Positions 1-12,790 of a stretch of DNA of 64,000 nucleotides are shown here, piece after piece (position 1 is the stretch's first letter; every line of letters begins with the position of its first letter). The DNA is taken from assembly GCA_002633005.1 (NCBI GenBank), contig NMRA01000021.1:1390077-1454076 (forward strand). Direction: 5' to 3'. Origin of the DNA: Phoronis australis (lineage: Eukaryota > Animalia > Phoronida). A program made the translations under genes and the position numbers. The notes beneath the pieces were generated by a model. That model was not told the origin of the DNA and did not search any database. It saw only the letters and a list, made by a program, of their open reading frames with translations.

Positions 1-596
1 TCTTATTTTAATGGAGTATGTCCACCAAACACTACTTGCGACTCCACTCAGAAATTGACCAACAATAGCGTGTGAAATTAGAAAGCGTATATGAAGCATT
101 GAATAGGATTTGTCAATTTCGGAGTTCAGTAAATTTCATTGATAATTGGCTGCGATACTGTATGACCGAATGTCAAGATAATTGCTTTTGGTTTTAAAGT
201 CACTATTTGCCCAAACACAGCTTTCTAGATCATGTCTTTACCTCGGCTCATTTTGAGACCATCGATCACGGACCAGCATAAAAACTCACCTGCACAAAGA
301 CACGTAAGCAAGGGTAAGCAAGTGTCGCATGCGAAACACGCAGGAGACACTTGCGGTAAGACATCTTTGTTTATCAAACAGAAACTAATGAATTTTATGA
401 CCTATAATTCATCATTCTAGTCTCACTTCCATGGCAGCCATTTTTAATTAATACTACATGCTACAGACACCACGAGTAAATAGTCGTCTTTCACATGATT
501 TTGGATGATTTTGCATAATTTTACATTTATCACAAGAAACTTGCTCTATTTAAAGCATCCTTGTTACTGGCCGTACATACGGACAACGCCACCTAC

Positions 597-746
597 CTTC
601 CGAATTCCCCTAGTGCGGTCCCACAGAAACTCATACCAATCTCTCCACTTCCCTTCTCCACCTTCATCCATGATGTTATTGAGTAAGTAGGTCATGGACA
701 TGTCCAAAATTGGGACAGGTCGAAGTTCATGGGGTAAGGGCTCATC
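597..746 (-). CDS. MCM3AP: GANP coding exon 10 ([50 protein letters not shown]); gene continues beyond the window start
   Basis: Sac3/GANP motifs EPLPHELRP and [12 protein letters not shown]; cag/gtagg boundaries; 150 nt, phase 0-0. Confidence 0.95.
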
Positions 747-1431
747 CTGTAGGTCAGAATAAAACATTCATTGATGACAAATAGAAAATTAACTTGAAAT
801 GGTAAAAACAATTAAATTGAATATTCACATTTTGTGGTAAGTTGTAATTGACAAGTATGTGGTGTTTTTGCATGAGATAAGATTCATGACTTATGCTAGA
901 TATATGTGCAAAAAATTCATTGAAAAGGAAGGTAGATTTGTAGTTCAAATTTTATCTGCCATTTTTACAATATCAAGCTCTTAAGATCACAAAATGATGG
1001 AAACAGCGAACGAACTAAAGATTCAGTAACATGGAGCCGAAGAATACCAAGTCAGGGAACACAAAGTTTTCATAAAAACACCCTCTCTTTCATCCCGCCA
1101 ATGAACTCACTTTTTATTTTAGACATGACGGGTTTTGTAAACAATAAAATAAACTTAATTCATAAAAGTTTGACAGAAACTTTTCCAGGCTTGTTTGTCT
1201 ACGACTTTGCGAAATATTGTGAAGACAAACACAAAAAATAACCATTTAAAGAACAAATTGTAACTGAAATAGCTAGAAAGTTTACTCAAAATTTGCATAA
1301 AATTTCAAAATTATTTTTAAAAACAAACTGTACTAGATACTTGCTAATTAAATGGCATGATCCTAAACATATTAACTTCTCAATCATAATTCAACACAAA
1401 AATATTGCTAGAAAGAAATTTTATACTTGAC

Positions 1432-1500
1432 CTGGTCAGCTGAAGCCCGACTGTATTCCTTCACAGCTCTTGAGTGATCAATAAGTGGATTTTGACCCCT
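1432..1500 (-). CDS. MCM3AP: GANP coding exon 9 (RGQNPLIDHSRAVKEYSRASADQ)
   Basis: Sac3/GANP motif AVKEYSRxSADQ; ttcag acceptor and gtcaag donor; 69 nt, phase 0-0. Confidence 0.95.
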
Positions 1501-2048
1501 CTGAAAAGGTGAATACAGATGACAGGACTATATCAATCATATTTCAAATGTTAGTTAATGTTCACGTGACTCTATTGAAAATATAATTATGCAACATTTA
1601 GAACAGTGACATAATCGCCGTTACAGTTGTCTTACAGTTCACGTTACTGAGTGTATTATGGCCATTTTGAGAATGAGCATAGACTGCATACAGATGTCCT
1701 TGTGTTTGAAACAATGCTAAAAACTTGACAGTTATGTCAAAGAAAATAAGCATAATTAGGTCTAGTCTAACTTCTTCAAAATGAGTTGGCTGCAGACCAG
1801 AACTACTGTCATTATTTTTTAGCCTTGTGCCAACAACATTTTTTTCACTAACTTTGCGTGTGGACTGAAATGAGCCATGTGGGTAAAATTCAACATCTAA
1901 AATACAATTGAGATGACAAAAACTTATAACTGTAAATTTTTGTTGGCAAAAGCAATGTCAGAACATAAACCTCCTGCATAGCAAACTGGGACAAAAAATT
2001 GTTTCAAAATGATTTTTACAACCAGCACCCTATACTTTTGGGTGGGTC

Positions 2049-2217
2049 TTCTTATATTAAGAGGACCCCGCTCTTAGTTAAGAATTGGTCGAGGGCCCCC
2101 AAATATTAATATAGTGGTCCTCATCCCATGGTAACCAAGAGCGGAGCCAACTGTATTAATGTAGACTTTCCCGACCTAAATTGACCAAAGAGCAGGGCAG
2201 CCTATATTAATATAGGA
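2049..2217. repeat. Imperfect palindrome (MITE-like) in a GANP intron
   Basis: Left arm cttatattaagaggaccccgctcttagttaagaattggtcg is a diverged reverse complement of right arm cgacctaaattgaccaaagagcagggcagcctatattaatatagg. Confidence 0.55.
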
Positions 2218-2304
2218 AATTACCACTTCTGAGGCTTGAAAATGAATTTTTGTTTATGTCACTTTAATAAAATAAGTCATTTAGCTATTTACTACATCCC
2301 TTAC

Positions 2305-2447
2305 CACGTTCTCTGCGGTGGGCATCGTCTCATAATGGTGCACACGTCGTCTGTCCTCCCTGAGGTATCGTTCCTTCTCGGGACACATGTCTTGGCACGT
2401 GCCCACCACTACTTTGGCTTTCTGAAGGTTCGTCTGCCGATTGATAC
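2305..2447 (-). CDS. MCM3AP: GANP coding exon 8 (INRQTNLQKAKVVVGTCQDMCPEKERYLREDRRRVHHYETMPTAENV)
   Basis: Hallmark Sac3/GANP motif GTCxDMCPExER; cag/gtaag boundaries; 143 nt, phase 1-0. Confidence 0.95.
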
Positions 2448-3537
2448 CTGTCAATCACGAAACACGGATCTTTGACTGTCACAATTCTGATGCAATGGCA
2501 CATTCAAACAAACAATAGGGCAGTCCCAGATTAGACAGCGACAAAACTCTCCTTTGTCACAGAGATAAGAAAGCGCATTGTATTCATTGGTCTCATTTTG
2601 GAATGTCAGGCAGATTTTCAAAGGTCATTTGCGAAATCACTGAGGAAAATGTGAACATTCCCACTTTGAGTCATTTAAAAATATCAGAATTGAAAAGTTA
2701 CCTTCAAAAAGGAGATTTTGTTCAGTTTTAAATTGACTCAATGAAAATTGCTTTGTCCACTGGCTCCACATTTCCTTATCTTTAATTGATTGCGGGAACA
2801 TGAAGAAATAAACGTCATGCACCAACAGATTTGTCAACTTTATCCAACTTTCTCTTGTTAGAGTTTGCGCCCACAGCACAGCAGTAATACTTCATTGGCA
2901 TTGGAAGGATGAATGGAGAAATGCAGCCGAGAAATCTTTGTAAAGAACAAGGCTCGACAGACATTAAGGCCTTGTAGGTAGATACATCAAGATTCAAGTT
3001 ACGCCGTGTAATTCAGGATGGCCATATTGCCGTCATATCTTTGTGGGGTTCTAAAAAGGGGGACTATGGCAGTTATTTCTGCATTCCAATTGCCCCAACA
3101 CTACGGAAATTCTACTAAATGCTGCACCCACAATAAGGCTTCTGCAGACAAGAACTAACACAAGGTAACATTAAAAAAAAGAATCGACAAGCTTTGTCGA
3201 TTTTGCATGGCTTCAGCTGAATTATATTGAAAAGGAAATCCAAAGAAAATTAACTAGCATACAATAAAGTACAAGTCAGAGAAGTAACTGAAAACTTTTG
3301 CTTCGCAATTTTGTCAACTTTTCAACAAGAACATCATCTTATAACCTCTGGACAGGCACTAAGGGCAACAGATCACATTAAGATACAATCCAGATGTTTG
3401 CTAAATCTATCTCCCTCAAATGACTTCTGTGTCTTCAAACAGAGTAACTTTCCATCGTGTTTGAAGTCGACAAAAACTACTTTCATCGTATTCAAAGTCA
3501 CTATTCTAAACATGAGCTATGTGCACCAACTACCTAC

Positions 3538-3630
3538 CTTGTCTAACCAACTTGTCATACTGGATGAGTAGCTCCAATCTTTCTGAAGTTGTCTTGGCAA
3601 CAGCGGACTTTAGGAAACTAAGTCCGACAG
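3538..3630 (-). CDS. MCM3AP: GANP coding exon 7 (VGLSFLKSAVAKTTSERLELLIQYDKLVRQ)
   Basis: tctag acceptor and gtagg donor; 93 nt, phase 1-1; resembles the vertebrate GANP [21 protein letters not shown] helix as recalled. Confidence 0.85.
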
Positions 3631-4099
3631 CTAGAGAAAAAAGAAATCCACAATACGAGTAACACAAAAGTGATAACAATGGCTAATGTATACTGCCTTC
3701 TACAGTCACCAAAATCTTGATATGTGTTGCCATGCCAAAAAATATACCATTTATATATTATTTACATCACCTGTTTTCAAGCACCTCTGAGGCTTGGAGA
3801 TGATGACAAAATTTCAAAGCAATTTCAAAGGAATTTATAGTATCTTTGAGTTAGAATGTCAAAATAGTATGTGCCAAAAGTATTGGGACGAAATTCAGTT
3901 TCCATGACATGGCGGGATACGAATACATCATATTTCGTCATAACAGATCATCCTGAGTGGTCATATTGTGAATTTCACTCCACTTAGATGTCGTGATGAG
4001 GAGGCCCAACTGCACTCAGTTGTCACGGCAACGAATTTCAAATAGTTTTGTTAAGATTGTAGAACAAAATAAGCCCGTGAATGTAACTGGACGCAAAAA

Positions 4100-4265
4100 A
4101 TAGAAATCACAGCTTCTGGCACATTATGTGCGTTTCAGCATCGCAGGGCAAATGGCAGGTGAAGGTACTGGAGAGAGAAAGTTCTCGGTTTGAGCGAGGT
4201 ATCAGAGAGGCTGTCTGGGTTAAAGCTATCAACACCTCTTTGAATCAACACCGATGTGTCAGATG
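4100..4265 (+). mobile_element. Penelope-like retroelement fragment (C-terminus of GIY-YIG endonuclease)
   Basis: From 4159 translates VKVLERESSRFERGIREAVWVKAINTSLNQH, matching the typical PLE endonuclease end (ILDRExRWFERGVKEAIYI...LN). Confidence 0.7.
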
Positions 4266-4498
4266 ACCGATAGTCCAGAGCTTTGGAGTTGTTGCCTAGG
4301 AACACTGACTGACAGTGAAGTAATTTTTGCAGGAACCAAATAGTCAACAGTCCCCAGTAGAAAGAGCCAGGCAGTTTTGTAACATCCGGAAATGAACTTT
4401 ATAGTAAGCTTCAGAGGTAGTGATTTATATGTTTTCCATCTAATTATCCAACTGGACGAATAATAATGATCAGGTACTAAATATGAATGCAACCTTAC

Positions 4499-4738
4499 TT
4501 TGCCTGACAGGCCTCTGTGGACTGGCAGGTGCTGGAGAGGAAGACTTTTTAACAGGAAACTGCGGCGCGGATGGTTCTGACATGGTGGCACGCTTGAAGT
4601 CACGACCTCCACTTAACCTCTTAACCTGTTCGGGCCGGGTCAGTGACCTTACCCGTTCCTCAGTGATGTCATCCGTCCCTGACATGCTGGAGAGCTCATC
4701 ATCCAATTCACTCAATGCTGGCTTTTCTTTGGACAATC
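4499..4738 (-). CDS. MCM3AP: GANP coding exon 6, S/P/charged linker
   Basis: ttgttttcag acceptor and gtaag donor; 240 nt, phase 1-1; lies within ORF 4470..4841. Confidence 0.8.
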
Positions 4739-5621
4739 CTGAAAACAAATCGTCGCTTTGGCTTACAAATCTTTCTTTAGAGTGAGTGTCAAATAAGACA
4801 CAAATCAATAAATAGGAAGTGCACAGATCAAATACTGACATTTTCAGATTTCACGCACATTACAGTTGGGCTAGAAATAACATAGGGTTGCCCTATTCAT
4901 GACTACTTAGACAAATCAGCTGTTACAATAGATACAGGTGAACATCCTGCTTTAAATCATGACAAGAGCGGCCAGCAGCTGACTACTGGAGTTGTACAGT
5001 ACGACCCAGGTATCTACAAGCCCAGTCACTTAATTGCTTTTCCAAGCAGTATTACGCAACTTACAATGCCTTTCATTTTAAAAATATGTCGTGTTCATTT
5101 TAAGGCAAAAAATTTAAGTTTTGTTTCAAAATGCAAAACATTTTAACATCAATGAAAAATACGGTAACACAGCAAACAGATGTAGAATGTTTGTAACGTA
5201 GGCGAATATAACTAAAAAGTAAAACATAACACTTATCCATAACATTGGATGTAAATTTGTTAAGCAAAATGTACATGCTATACTGGCAATATTCTTGATG
5301 AAAGAAATGACAATAGCCACTGACAAGTGTCCCGGATTTTGAGATCTAGTTTTAATTAATGCCTGGAAATGGGTTCTGAGAATTTGGGTCCCCTCTAAGG
5401 GACTTGTCAATACGGACAAAAGTGCGCAGATAAAAAAATAATTAACAGTCACAAGTAGATCTCACTAAATAGATTATAAAATAGGAATGTTCGGGTTAAA
5501 TGTGCGATCAACGCAAATCATAAAACCACAAAATCAATGTTCGTTGTAACTTTTTACATAAACGGCTTCTACTTGCACTGATTCATAAAATGTGTTACAG
5601 ACCAAAGACATTGCTACTCAC

Positions 5622-5730
5622 TCCTCGCAGTCTCTTTTCCTGCTGGTGAATAATTACTCCAGAATATGTGTAGAGGGGGTTTCTTAACTCCGACAATTCG
5701 ACCCTTTGTCTTGGCTGCGGCAGCCTCATC
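5622..5730 (-). CDS. MCM3AP: GANP coding exon 5 (DEAAAAKTKGRIVGVKKPPLHIFWSNYSPAGKETAR), end of RRM-like region
   Basis: cag acceptor and gtgagt donor; 109 nt, phase 0-1; resembles the GANP A..A..KG....IFW segment. Confidence 0.85.
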
Positions 5731-6544
5731 CTGGCAAAGCGAATGAAAAACAAACATTAAATATCAGTGACAAGAGGATTGAACAATGCGCCATTGAGTT
5801 CCCACATGAAATTCTGCACATTCAGAGGCACTGGTGGCGACCTCTTGTGAAAGCAAAAGGGAACCACTGACTAGAGAATAGGTTCAATAAACAGGGCAAC
5901 ACAAAGTGGGCCATATACAATAAATGGGCACGCTCACCATTCAGAAAAGTAATGTACCGGTGAGAACAGATTTATTAGGAGAGAAAACTAAAGATTATAA
6001 CAGTCTTCATAATGAGTACATGGGCAAAACAAAACAAATTATTCAGGATGCATTCATATACAATAGTCTTCAAAAAGCTAATTCTCATCAGGCTGTGTTG
6101 GAGTAAAACGGCAAAAGAAACCAGAGAAAATACGGCAAGTAACTACATCCTATGAGAGTCGGTCAGTTTTTGTTTCAAAATTTCGCCTACTTGCAGCCAT
6201 AAGAAGTCTTGTCAACTTGTTAAAGATACTGTGCACCAGTACCTAAAAAACAATGCACTAAGACATCAGCAAAATTTATTACATGCTATGTTTCGTTTGT
6301 GGATTTTTGTGACAAGGAAGAAAAAAAGACAACGATGAGAGACTCCCAAGTCCATTTTACAAAATTAACAACTAACACCTAGGAACTATAGCTCATCATT
6401 GAACTGTAACTTAAGTTCAACACAAATGCAATGTTATTGAGACAAATGTTTGACTAAAACACCAAAAAAGTCAGTGGAGAAAGAGTACAGAAGGGTCCAT
6501 CCCCAGATCCCTGCAGAAGGGTCAACACATGGGGAAGGGTAAAT

Positions 6545-6792
6545 ATGGCATATGGTAAAACATCAAATGGGGTAAAACATGGCATGTGTCGGTGAAAACA
6601 TAGTAAATATAAAAACATGGTGAACATAGTATATGGTAAAAACATGGTGAAACATGGTATATAATAAAAAGATGGTAAAACATGGTATACGGTAAAAACA
6701 TGGTAAAACATGGTTTTTGGTAGACATGGCATATAGAAAAAATATGGCATATGGTAAAAATATAGTATATGCTAAAACATGGTATATGCTAA
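6545..6792. repeat. Degenerate minisatellite of AAAACATGGT(ATATGGT) units
   Basis: Many near-tandem aaaacatggt/atatggtaaaa copies; the ORF at 6454..6750 is a by-product of this repeat. Confidence 0.85.
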
Positions 6793-7170
6793 AAAGTCAG
6801 TAGTTTTGAACAGTGTTGTTTTATTATCAGAGCTTGTACCAAATTTAAGAAATATTAAGTAAATACGAGTCATCCCAAATTGAGAAATTATAATCAACAA
6901 CAAACAATCATTGATCTCAATGGTACACACTATGGTGACGGATGAAAACGTCGAGTTGGTGGCTATTTACGATGACCTATGAGCTGCCACGTCTATTTCC
7001 TAACTCTGTTAATACAAATGAAAATGTCGATATTTGAGAAATATGATGAAACATAAAATAGCCCATGGCCAATGTCCAGAATCAAGAAATTCAATTTTGT
7101 CCAGAATTTCAATGTAAGAAGTTTCAGAGGCTGTCCCAAACTGTAAAACTTTTACAGCAACTTAACTCAC

Positions 7171-7376
7171 GTGAGTGGCAAAGTGCACAGTGGCTTGTCT
7201 TTTTTCAGGGTTGGTGTACACTCTCTTGACGTGGCCAAACTTTTCAAAGTGTTTCCTCAAGTAACTAGTGTTGCACTGCTGTGGGTGGATGTTCTTGACA
7301 ATCAACCCAGTCTTAGTACTGAGTTCCTCCACTGAGAGGCGCCGGCTGACACGTTGTGCAATGCTCCGTGGTACGG
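7171..7376 (-). CDS. MCM3AP: GANP coding exon 4, RRM-like region (LIVKNIHPQQCNTSYLRKHFEKFGHVKRVYTNPEKRQATVHFATH)
   Basis: RRM-type sequence as in GANP; gtgagt donor; AAG acceptor inferred from phase (206 nt, phase 1-0). Confidence 0.85.
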
Positions 7377-7759
7377 CTTGACATAAATCAAAAAACAAAT
7401 TTTAAAGCAAAATGTGTGACTGCCCATACCATGAAAACAAAATTTCTTCGAGTAGCTGAAATGTTGGTAAATCATTTCTAGCACTTCTTGAAAGAACACA
7501 AAAGAACAGAACTGTGAAATGACAATAAGGTGAAATCTCATTAATTTTGGACACAAAACAATTGCCAGAATTACATTTTTTAATTTTTCAAGGACCCTTA
7601 ACATCGCTGTGAAAGGACACCACGATTCAAAATATTGTCATAATATGTTTAAAAAACGTTGAAATGCAAACGTTAACAAATTTGCTTGTTAACTCCTTGC
7701 TATAAATTAATGATAAGAAATCTTGTCAAAATTGATCGACAGATACTTGTGACAGCTAC

Positions 7760-7891
7760 CTTGTGACTCTCCGTCAGTATTGCCCAAGGCCTTTGCAGTA
7801 GTTACAACAGTTCTTCTATCTGATTGGCCTGAACCCACAGCAGAGATCGCCTTGCCAAAGAGACCCCTGGTCACTGCACCACTAGAGGGAG
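7760..7891 (-). CDS. MCM3AP: GANP coding exon 3 (PSSGAVTRGLFGKAISAVGSGQSDRRTVVTTAKALGNTDGESQ)
   Basis: cag acceptor and gtag donor; 132 nt, phase 1-1, open frame, contains an LFG motif. Confidence 0.75.
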
Positions 7892-9199
7892 CTGGAGCAT
7901 AATTAATGCAGATAACACTTTCCTGTGATTAACTAATAATTCTTTCACATCCATGTATGTTTCGTGTGCTTTCACTTTTATCATAAATTTATTATTTTTT
8001 GGTATCGGTTTGGAAAACGTTCTCAAAGCTTGGCCAAAAGATATAGGCAATCACTATGGGGTGAGAATGAAGAGGAAAGAATACACCTTCACTAGCAGGT
8101 GTTAATTAAGAAAAGGGCATTCATTACTACAAAAATTCAACAATCTGACAACAGATGGAGCTCTCGTCTGCATGGGGATGTTCTTGGAATAACAGCTCCA
8201 ATGTGACTCTAAATGAAACATTTGAAGATTTTAATTGCAAAATGTGATGTCCGCCAAATTTGAAATCATAGACTGAATCACTTACAATAACATCCTTGAT
8301 CAGCAGGGCTACTCAGTACTTCAATCACTTTTCATCAAAACACCATATATCCCACAGTTCGGCATGCTTGAAACACAGATGTTTCTTTTCCTATAAGTGC
8401 TCATAATAACTAAATTTCAAATATTGGCAGATACCTCATTTTGCGACGAAACTCTTACATTGGTAGGACCATCATTCTCAATGCCAATACATGACCTATA
8501 ATCGCTTTTCACTTTTCTTATTAAACAGTAACACCTGTAAATTTGGTTCCTGCAGCATCGCTCTGAGTCCACTAGCGCCATAAATTGCCGTATGTAACGA
8601 AGAGATAGAGGTATTGGCTTGCTTTTTTCTACGTCACTGCGAGAATCACCTTTTAATTCAAACAGCTGCGAATAACACCCGGATGCAATGGCGTACTATT
8701 CAGACCCCTGTTCAATACAACTGCTATCAGCCTTTTGTTGTTTGTGCCTCGCGATGACGCAACATGGCACGAAAAGGCAGCCTCACTTATCATTTGATGG
8801 TCTTACATTTGCGCGATTGAACTCGCGTTTTCTTATTTTGCTAAGGCTTTGCTAGGACTATCAGGTTAGCCCAATACATCTAAAATGACAAAATTCTGTT
8901 CAAGTTAGGCTTTAAAATGCATGTTTAGTTCTTCCAGATCTCACAGTACCCCTTTTACTGAACACTGACCAAGTTGTAGGATGCAGACACAGCAGAAACT
9001 GCGACTCTCGACATCCTCACCAATACCAAACATTCGTTACATCAGTGAGAGCACAAACTTAAAGTCTTTTACCTAGATCCAATTTTTTACTCTCGTGTGC
9101 AAGACGGGATGAGTTGAAAGGGACAAAACCCTATTTTTTCATGAGTGCACATGTATAAGTCAACACGACAATTTAAAATGTTACTTTTCTAAGTAATCG

Positions 9200-9945
9200 A
9201 GTCATCCAATCAGATTAAACAGGTCGAAGATCATTAGGTGAAAACTAAGATTTTGAGCTAGATACTTCAAATTTACACATCTGATTGGTACCTGTAACTC
9301 AGATCGAAATCCAAAGTTTCAGGTCATTTGGTGCAACCGTGTGGTCATCAGGTGCATTTTTCTTCTGAAAATTTGACTTATTCACAAAGTATTCTGATGT
9401 ACCAACTGTTAGACAACTGTGATTCTCAGCATTAAACAAAATTTTCACGGATTTTGCAATTCTCCTAAAGAGGTGTATAATGCACCAGATAGGGTCAGTC
9501 AGTGCAAAGGTCAACTAATGTTCAAAATGTTATTTCTCCTACATTTTTCAAGGAATTCTCTTCAATTTCAGCACACTGGTGTAAACCTACATGCCAATCA
9601 AATACCATTACTTTACTAAGAAAAAGGGTCATCTAAAATCAGAAACCATAGGTCAAAGGTCATTGAGTGCAAATTAAGATATTCAGCTAGACACTTCAAA
9701 TTTACATACCTGTTTAGCAAATGCGACTGAGTTTGAATATTAAAGTTTCAGGACATTTGGTGCCATAATGGGGTCATTAGGCGCACTTTTCTACTGAAAT
9801 TTTGACTAATTCATTCATCTTGCATTCTAATAAAGTAAGACATCTGTGATTCTTGGAATTAACCACACTTCATTGAGTTTACACTGGAAAGGGTCAGTTG
9901 ATACAAAGGTCATCAAATTATCAACATGTAATTTCTCATTCAGTC
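9200..9945. repeat. Diverged tandem duplication (about 430-bp unit) containing GGTCAAAGGTCA-like motifs
   Basis: gctagatacttcaaatttacac...aaagtttcaggtcatttggtgc (about 9257-9335) recurs as gctagacacttcaaatttacat...aaagtttcaggacatttggtgc (about 9686-9763). Confidence 0.75.
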
Positions 9946-10746
9946 TTAATAACCTCCCATAACAATTCCACTAAAACGCACACGCACAATCCATTATCCA
10001 TTGTCATGGTGTGACAATAATCTTTCTAGTTGCATCCTATTATTCATTAAATATGATGCCAAAATTCATTAAGCAACACTTAGCTAGAGGAAGAGAGGAA
10101 AATGTGATGCTAAATTTATAGTTAGGTAAATATATACTTTAAATACTAGGATTCCTAGAAAGTGAAATCACATATATATTGCCAAGTATCAAAACTGAGT
10201 AGTGGAATTGGAACAGCTTCATTCATTGATAATTTAAGCTTTCCATCTTGAAGTGCCCAATCTACACATGCCTTACTGAATCGCTTCATGAAAGAAATAT
10301 CAACTTTCGCTCCTTTTCACTTCAGTTTATGCACCCATTTTTATCAAAATTTTTATATAGACTTCTCAACAATCTAAAACTGCGATCTCAACAGGTATTT
10401 TGAGACAGCTCATGTCTCATCTTCAGGCAAAAGTAACGAGATGAGACTAGTTCACGATGAAAGTGATCTCAATCTATATTTTTAAAAAGGGAATTGATTT
10501 CATAAAAGCATCTACGACATGAAAGTCGAGGTTGGTGTATTTGCTTACCTATTATAAACAATGCACATTGCCCGAAATTAGAGTAATTGTCCAAAACAGA
10601 AATTCAAGCTTGTTCCATTTGTGAACGTCAAAAAATAATTGTGCACACAACTTTTTGTGTTCAAAATCAAAGAGAAGAGTAGAGTGTCCAGAAATTTTAA
10701 ACTAGGTTAAGCATAGCGTTTATGTGGAACACCGCCTCCTATTTAC

Positions 10747-10818
10747 CTGGTGCCTTTCTTGTTACAGTCAGTTTTTGTGGACTTGACCTGAGCTGTGTAT
10801 TGGTCTCGACCTGGTCAC
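10747..10818 (-). CDS. MCM3AP: GANP coding exon 2 (DQVETNTQLRSSPQKLTVTRKAP)
   Basis: ttttcag acceptor and gtaaat donor; 72 nt, phase 1-1, open frame. Confidence 0.7.
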
Positions 10819-11152
10819 CTGAAAACAAGTGATTTGCATATAGCAAAGATGGCTGCCTAGTCTACAGGTAATGCTCAATGTAAAAAGAATCCAATTTAAA
10901 ACCCAGCCATCCTCAGTACTATTCTACATTCCACAGTCGACATTTTCAGTTCGTGTCTATTAGTAGTTTAAGTTCCTGCAACTTAAAGAATGAATTCAAA
11001 CCGTCATTGCTATCAGTTTGAAAGAAATGGTGAAAATATAATCAAAAAAACAAAAAAAAACAACTTACACACAAATTCCTCAATGATTTATCTTCCGAAC
11101 ACTTCCAAAAATTTTAGTAAGACAATTTTTTTTGTTTTTGAAAACTACTTAC

Positions 11153-11825
11153 TGGGTTTAGTGATGGGTACCGGTTTCCCAAACAAGACCACGTCTTTTC
11201 TTCCACTCATCCCTGACACTGGTTTAGCTACTTTATCCATGGGCTTGCCAAGAACACTTGATCCAGAATGCAAATCATTGTCACGTGTCTTATCAGAAGG
11301 GTGAGTGCTGACACTAGATTGCAACGAATCTTTTTTGCTCTCACTTGCACTAAACACTGATTTGAAGACGGGTGCTGCTCCGCTCGATGCTGTGGCGGTT
11401 TTCCCAATCAAATTCTGTGGCGACGAGTCTTTTGACCCACTGAAGGAACTTGAACTCACGCTGGTGTTCACCATTTCACCAAAAGAACCAAACTGAGACG
11501 CATTTTGTTCCACATCATTAAAAGCTCTAGCATTACCACTTCCCGAAATGTAAGAACCTCTCACTTGATCGCTCTTTCCAAAGGCAGACATTGATTGTTC
11601 ACCTGCCATATTGAAACTATTGATTTGGCTAGTTTGACCGAAAACTGATGACAATCCGCTCTGGTCGAAAACCAGATTGGCAGTGCCGCCAAAACCCGCA
11701 CCAGTTGCTGGTGGCTGAACACCTCCAAATATTGAGCCAGTCACTCCAGGTTGTAAGTTACCACCAAATATTGAAGAGGACTGGGTGCTGCCAAAAGACG
11801 ACGCTGTTGACTGCGGGTTGAACAT
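11153..11825 (-). CDS. MCM3AP: GANP/MCM3AP coding exon 1 (ATG; FG-rich, low-complexity N-terminus)
   Basis: Longest ORF in the window (MFNPQSTASSFGSTQSSSIFGG...), with repeated FG motifs. Ends CCC A|gtaag (phase 1). An acceptor (tttacttgtag) lies 19 nt upstream of the ATG. Joins in frame to the downstream exons that carry Sac3/GANP motifs. Confidence 0.85.
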
Positions 11826-12379
11826 GGTTCCTCAGCTTCTTCAACTACAAGTAAACGGTAAGAGTACGCTAGAACACTAGGACTAGAGCGTGCTTAACAC
11901 TATAAGCAGTGAAAACCAATTACAAGCATGTTTCACATTTAATCATATCTGATGTTATCATCTTGATATCATCTAGTTCCGCACAAGAAATAAGAACAGG
12001 GACCAAAATGTAGCATAACACAAAGCAACAAATTTGGCTACGAACGCACACATTGTATAGTTATACTAACCCACTCACCCACCCACACATATACACACAC
12101 GACATCCCTGTTGCAAGATTTTTGATCTGGGAGTGGTAAATCTGTGCACTTCAGCTTGGAGGGGGTAACTAGTTGGAATAATGCCTTACAATTGTAAATC
12201 ATGGACCACACACAACAGGCTCTCTGATATTGACATGCAAGGTCAGTGAAAACAGTTCTTTGTAAACCCTGCTCTTGGCCTGTGTAAGTAAATGCAGCTT
12301 AGCAAAAGGCTTGTGGTGCTGGCTGAGAAGATAATTGTTTTATTACCCCCTGTGGATTATGAATAGCCCAGTCCAAAAT

Positions 12380-12790
12380 CGGCACAAAGCTGCGTAGATA
12401 TACAGCATTCAACTCAGACGGTGATCATCCCATAGACCTTCCATATGCTAGATGCTTTGTGTTGAATTACTCCTCACATTGGCTACACCATCTAACCAAG
12501 GAGCTGCAAGTACCTTTCGAACATCGCACACCTTTGGAAGCCGTAAATGTCTTTACATCCTTCAACTCAAGCAAATACTTCAGCACAAGCAAACTTTCAT
12601 AGATGACCCGTGCATTAGTGATTGGCTTAATGTCAAGGACATGGACATTGAACTCGGTGTGATTGAAAAATTTCACGCAAAAGACACGTGCAGTGATGTA
12701 ACCACAACACATATGCCAAAGTTCACGACTTTACTGACAGAACGAAGGACAATTCAGAAAAAAAATATTAAGTTAGTATTAGTCAAGCTA
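12380..12790 (+). pseudogene. Possible decayed hAT transposase C-terminal (dimerization) remnant
   Basis: LLLTLATPS...QLKQILQHKQTFIDDPCISDWLNVKDMDIELGVIEKFHAK loosely fits the hAT C-terminal pattern (LK.IK...R..M.DERL..L.LL.V..DIDID.VI.KF); frameshifted. Confidence 0.35.

Noticed and set aside
280-440. Next GANP exon or a recursive splice point (minus-strand ttgtgcag|gtgagt at about 290)
   Set aside because: Flanking translation shows no expected DITQQ-like Sac3 sequence; a single motif without expression data is not supportable.
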